From Chrysomallon squamiferum (Eukaryota > Animalia > Mollusca): a DNA stretch of 64,000 nt. Numbering within the stretch: the first letter of the stretch is position 1; each line of letters begins with the position of its first letter. The stretch is taken from assembly GCA_012295275.1 (NCBI GenBank), contig CM022674.1:682001-746000 (forward strand). Direction: 5' to 3'. This document shows positions 62,302 to 64,000 of the stretch, in pieces. Both the position numbers and the translations under genes were made by a program. Below the pieces are notes generated by a model. The model was not told the DNA's origin, did no database searches, and saw only the letters and a list, made by a program, of their open reading frames with translations.

Positions 62302-63674
62302 TGTATGTTTTTACTTATGTTTGTAAATATTATTCCTTGTTTACGGTTTGATGTTTTCTCTTTTCTATAAAGAAACAAAAGTTATCAGAACTTCTCTCTC
62401 TCTGCGTAGCCATTTAACCGAAATCTTTTTTTCAAAAATATTCCTCAGTTTGCCGTTAAATCGGTTAATTATTGATAATCTCTATAAAGAGTGTCCGTGT
62501 TAAAATAAAGGTCACGTGACAGTTATTTAAAGGCGTTCAGAAGTGACTTCCTGGTATTGAATGAAATAAAAAACAAATCTTAATTTACTTCCGCAGTGTA
62601 GAACGTGCTAAATGTCGATTTTAGAACGTTTCTAAATGTCGATTTTGTTTCGTTCCGGAATCAAAGTTTCAGTCTCTTTGATGAAGGGTTAATAATGATG
62701 ATGATGGTTATAATTCAATATGTCATTAAAAAAGTAACATTTGATAAACATAACTTTTATAATAACATAAAACAACGTTTATAACATAAGACACAAACAA
62801 CACTTATAATAGCATAACACACATTTATAACAGCATAACATATAAGAAAATGAACTCGTTATTATAACCTAAAACACAAAAGATTTATAATAACAACACA
62901 AAACATTTATAACAAAATAACAGACATTAGCATTTACAGTTTTTCACTGCCAAATTAATTCAAAACACTGAAGCAGAACAAATATAACCATCACTGATTT
63001 CTTTCTGCAAGATTCGTAGTCTGTCACAAAACACAAACAAACAAACGCTGGCAAGGACCCTGTGCTCTGTCCGTCTGTCTGTATGTACAGCTATACGCGT
63101 TTTGGCTCACGAACACTTTCTTCTCGAATATACACTCTTTGCTTTCGACGCAGTAACATCTCTTGTGATTCACGGAGAAAACGAAATATAAGCTACGAAT
63201 GTATTTATCTTTGCTAGATGACTCGACTTCATTGTTGTCCGAAGATAAGAAAACGTCCTTGGCAGTGTCCTTGAGGTTTTGAATATTAATAAACAGATCA
63301 GTGTAAATGAGATAAATATTTTTTCTTCTTCTTCTTTATTAACCCTTTATTGTTATTATTTCTTTGTTTATTTTAAAACTTTATATTTTTGTCTGTTCTT
63401 TTTTTTTTTTTTTTTTTTTTGAAATCCCTTGTTATTTTTGTTCGTTTTCAAACCGTTTCATCCAAAGCCAGATAAAATAAACTGGTCAAGGTTTTCAGTT
63501 TATTATTATAATTATTATTATTACTGTTGTTGTTGTTGTTGTTGTGATCGTCGTTATCTATGTCGCCGTCGTCCTGATCACCACTTTTTGTTTATTTATT
63601 TCATTTATTTATCTAGAACTTTACACTTTCCTTCATGCCAAATTATCTGACTCAGTTTGTAAAGAATTTCGGTC

Positions 63675-63810
63675 GACTGGTTCAGTGGTTAGAATACACT
63701 GCTAAGACGTGAGGTGCCCCAGGGTTAATTTGCTGGGTGTGTCTCATTCCAGTCACAGACCCATGTATGATTATACAAATACACGGTATGTGATATCTTG
63801 CGTCTGCGAC
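63675..63810 (+). mobile_element. Degenerate tRNA-derived SINE-like fragment
   Basis: A-box-like TGGTTCAGTGGTTAGA followed about 35 nt later by a degraded B-box-like GGGTTAATTT; not a foldable tRNA. Confidence 0.35.
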
Positions 63811-64000
63811 GGACACGCCCGCTGGCCTGTCGGAAAGCGTGCCCGTCGCAGACGTGCTTCACAACAGCTTGCTCTGATTAGCACGTTAATTTTTTTCCAA
63901 TTCCAATTCCAATATCTTGCTTATATGAAAATAATGCTAATAGTAGCTAGCATACTGTAGAAGCACAAAACTGCGTATGTATTGTAAATGTGTGTATACT

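Overview
Eukaryotic (animal, probably lophotrochozoan/mollusc-like; taxon is inference) AT-rich genomic DNA dense in microsatellites; almost all listed short ORFs are microsatellite artefacts. Three real coding loci are supported. (1) 1-18383, + strand: a 5'-truncated, 22-exon ARMC9 gene with a probable U12-type (minor) intron and a candidate 15-nt microexon. (2) 23830-29590, + strand: an intronless, GC/CpG-rich ORF of about 1919 aa after repairing one +1 frameshift near 24733. It encodes a bacterial-style RTX protein with a hydrophobic pore-forming-like helical region, several GGxGxD Ca2+-binding repeat blocks and a VCBS/Ig-like module. It sits in host DNA and appears to have a eukaryotic CCAAT/TATA promoter, spliced 5'-UTR exons and a polyA signal, making it a candidate horizontally acquired, domesticated RTX toxin and the main finding. 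(3) 31002-31954, - strand: an intronless class A GPCR with one homopolymer frameshift. The remaining ~32 kb has no recognisable coding exons. It contains two long-range inverted repeat pairs (one carrying a perfect ERE-type palindrome), tRNA-derived SINE-like heads, minisatellites and CpG-rich unique islands. No database searches were run; family calls rest on recalled motifs.
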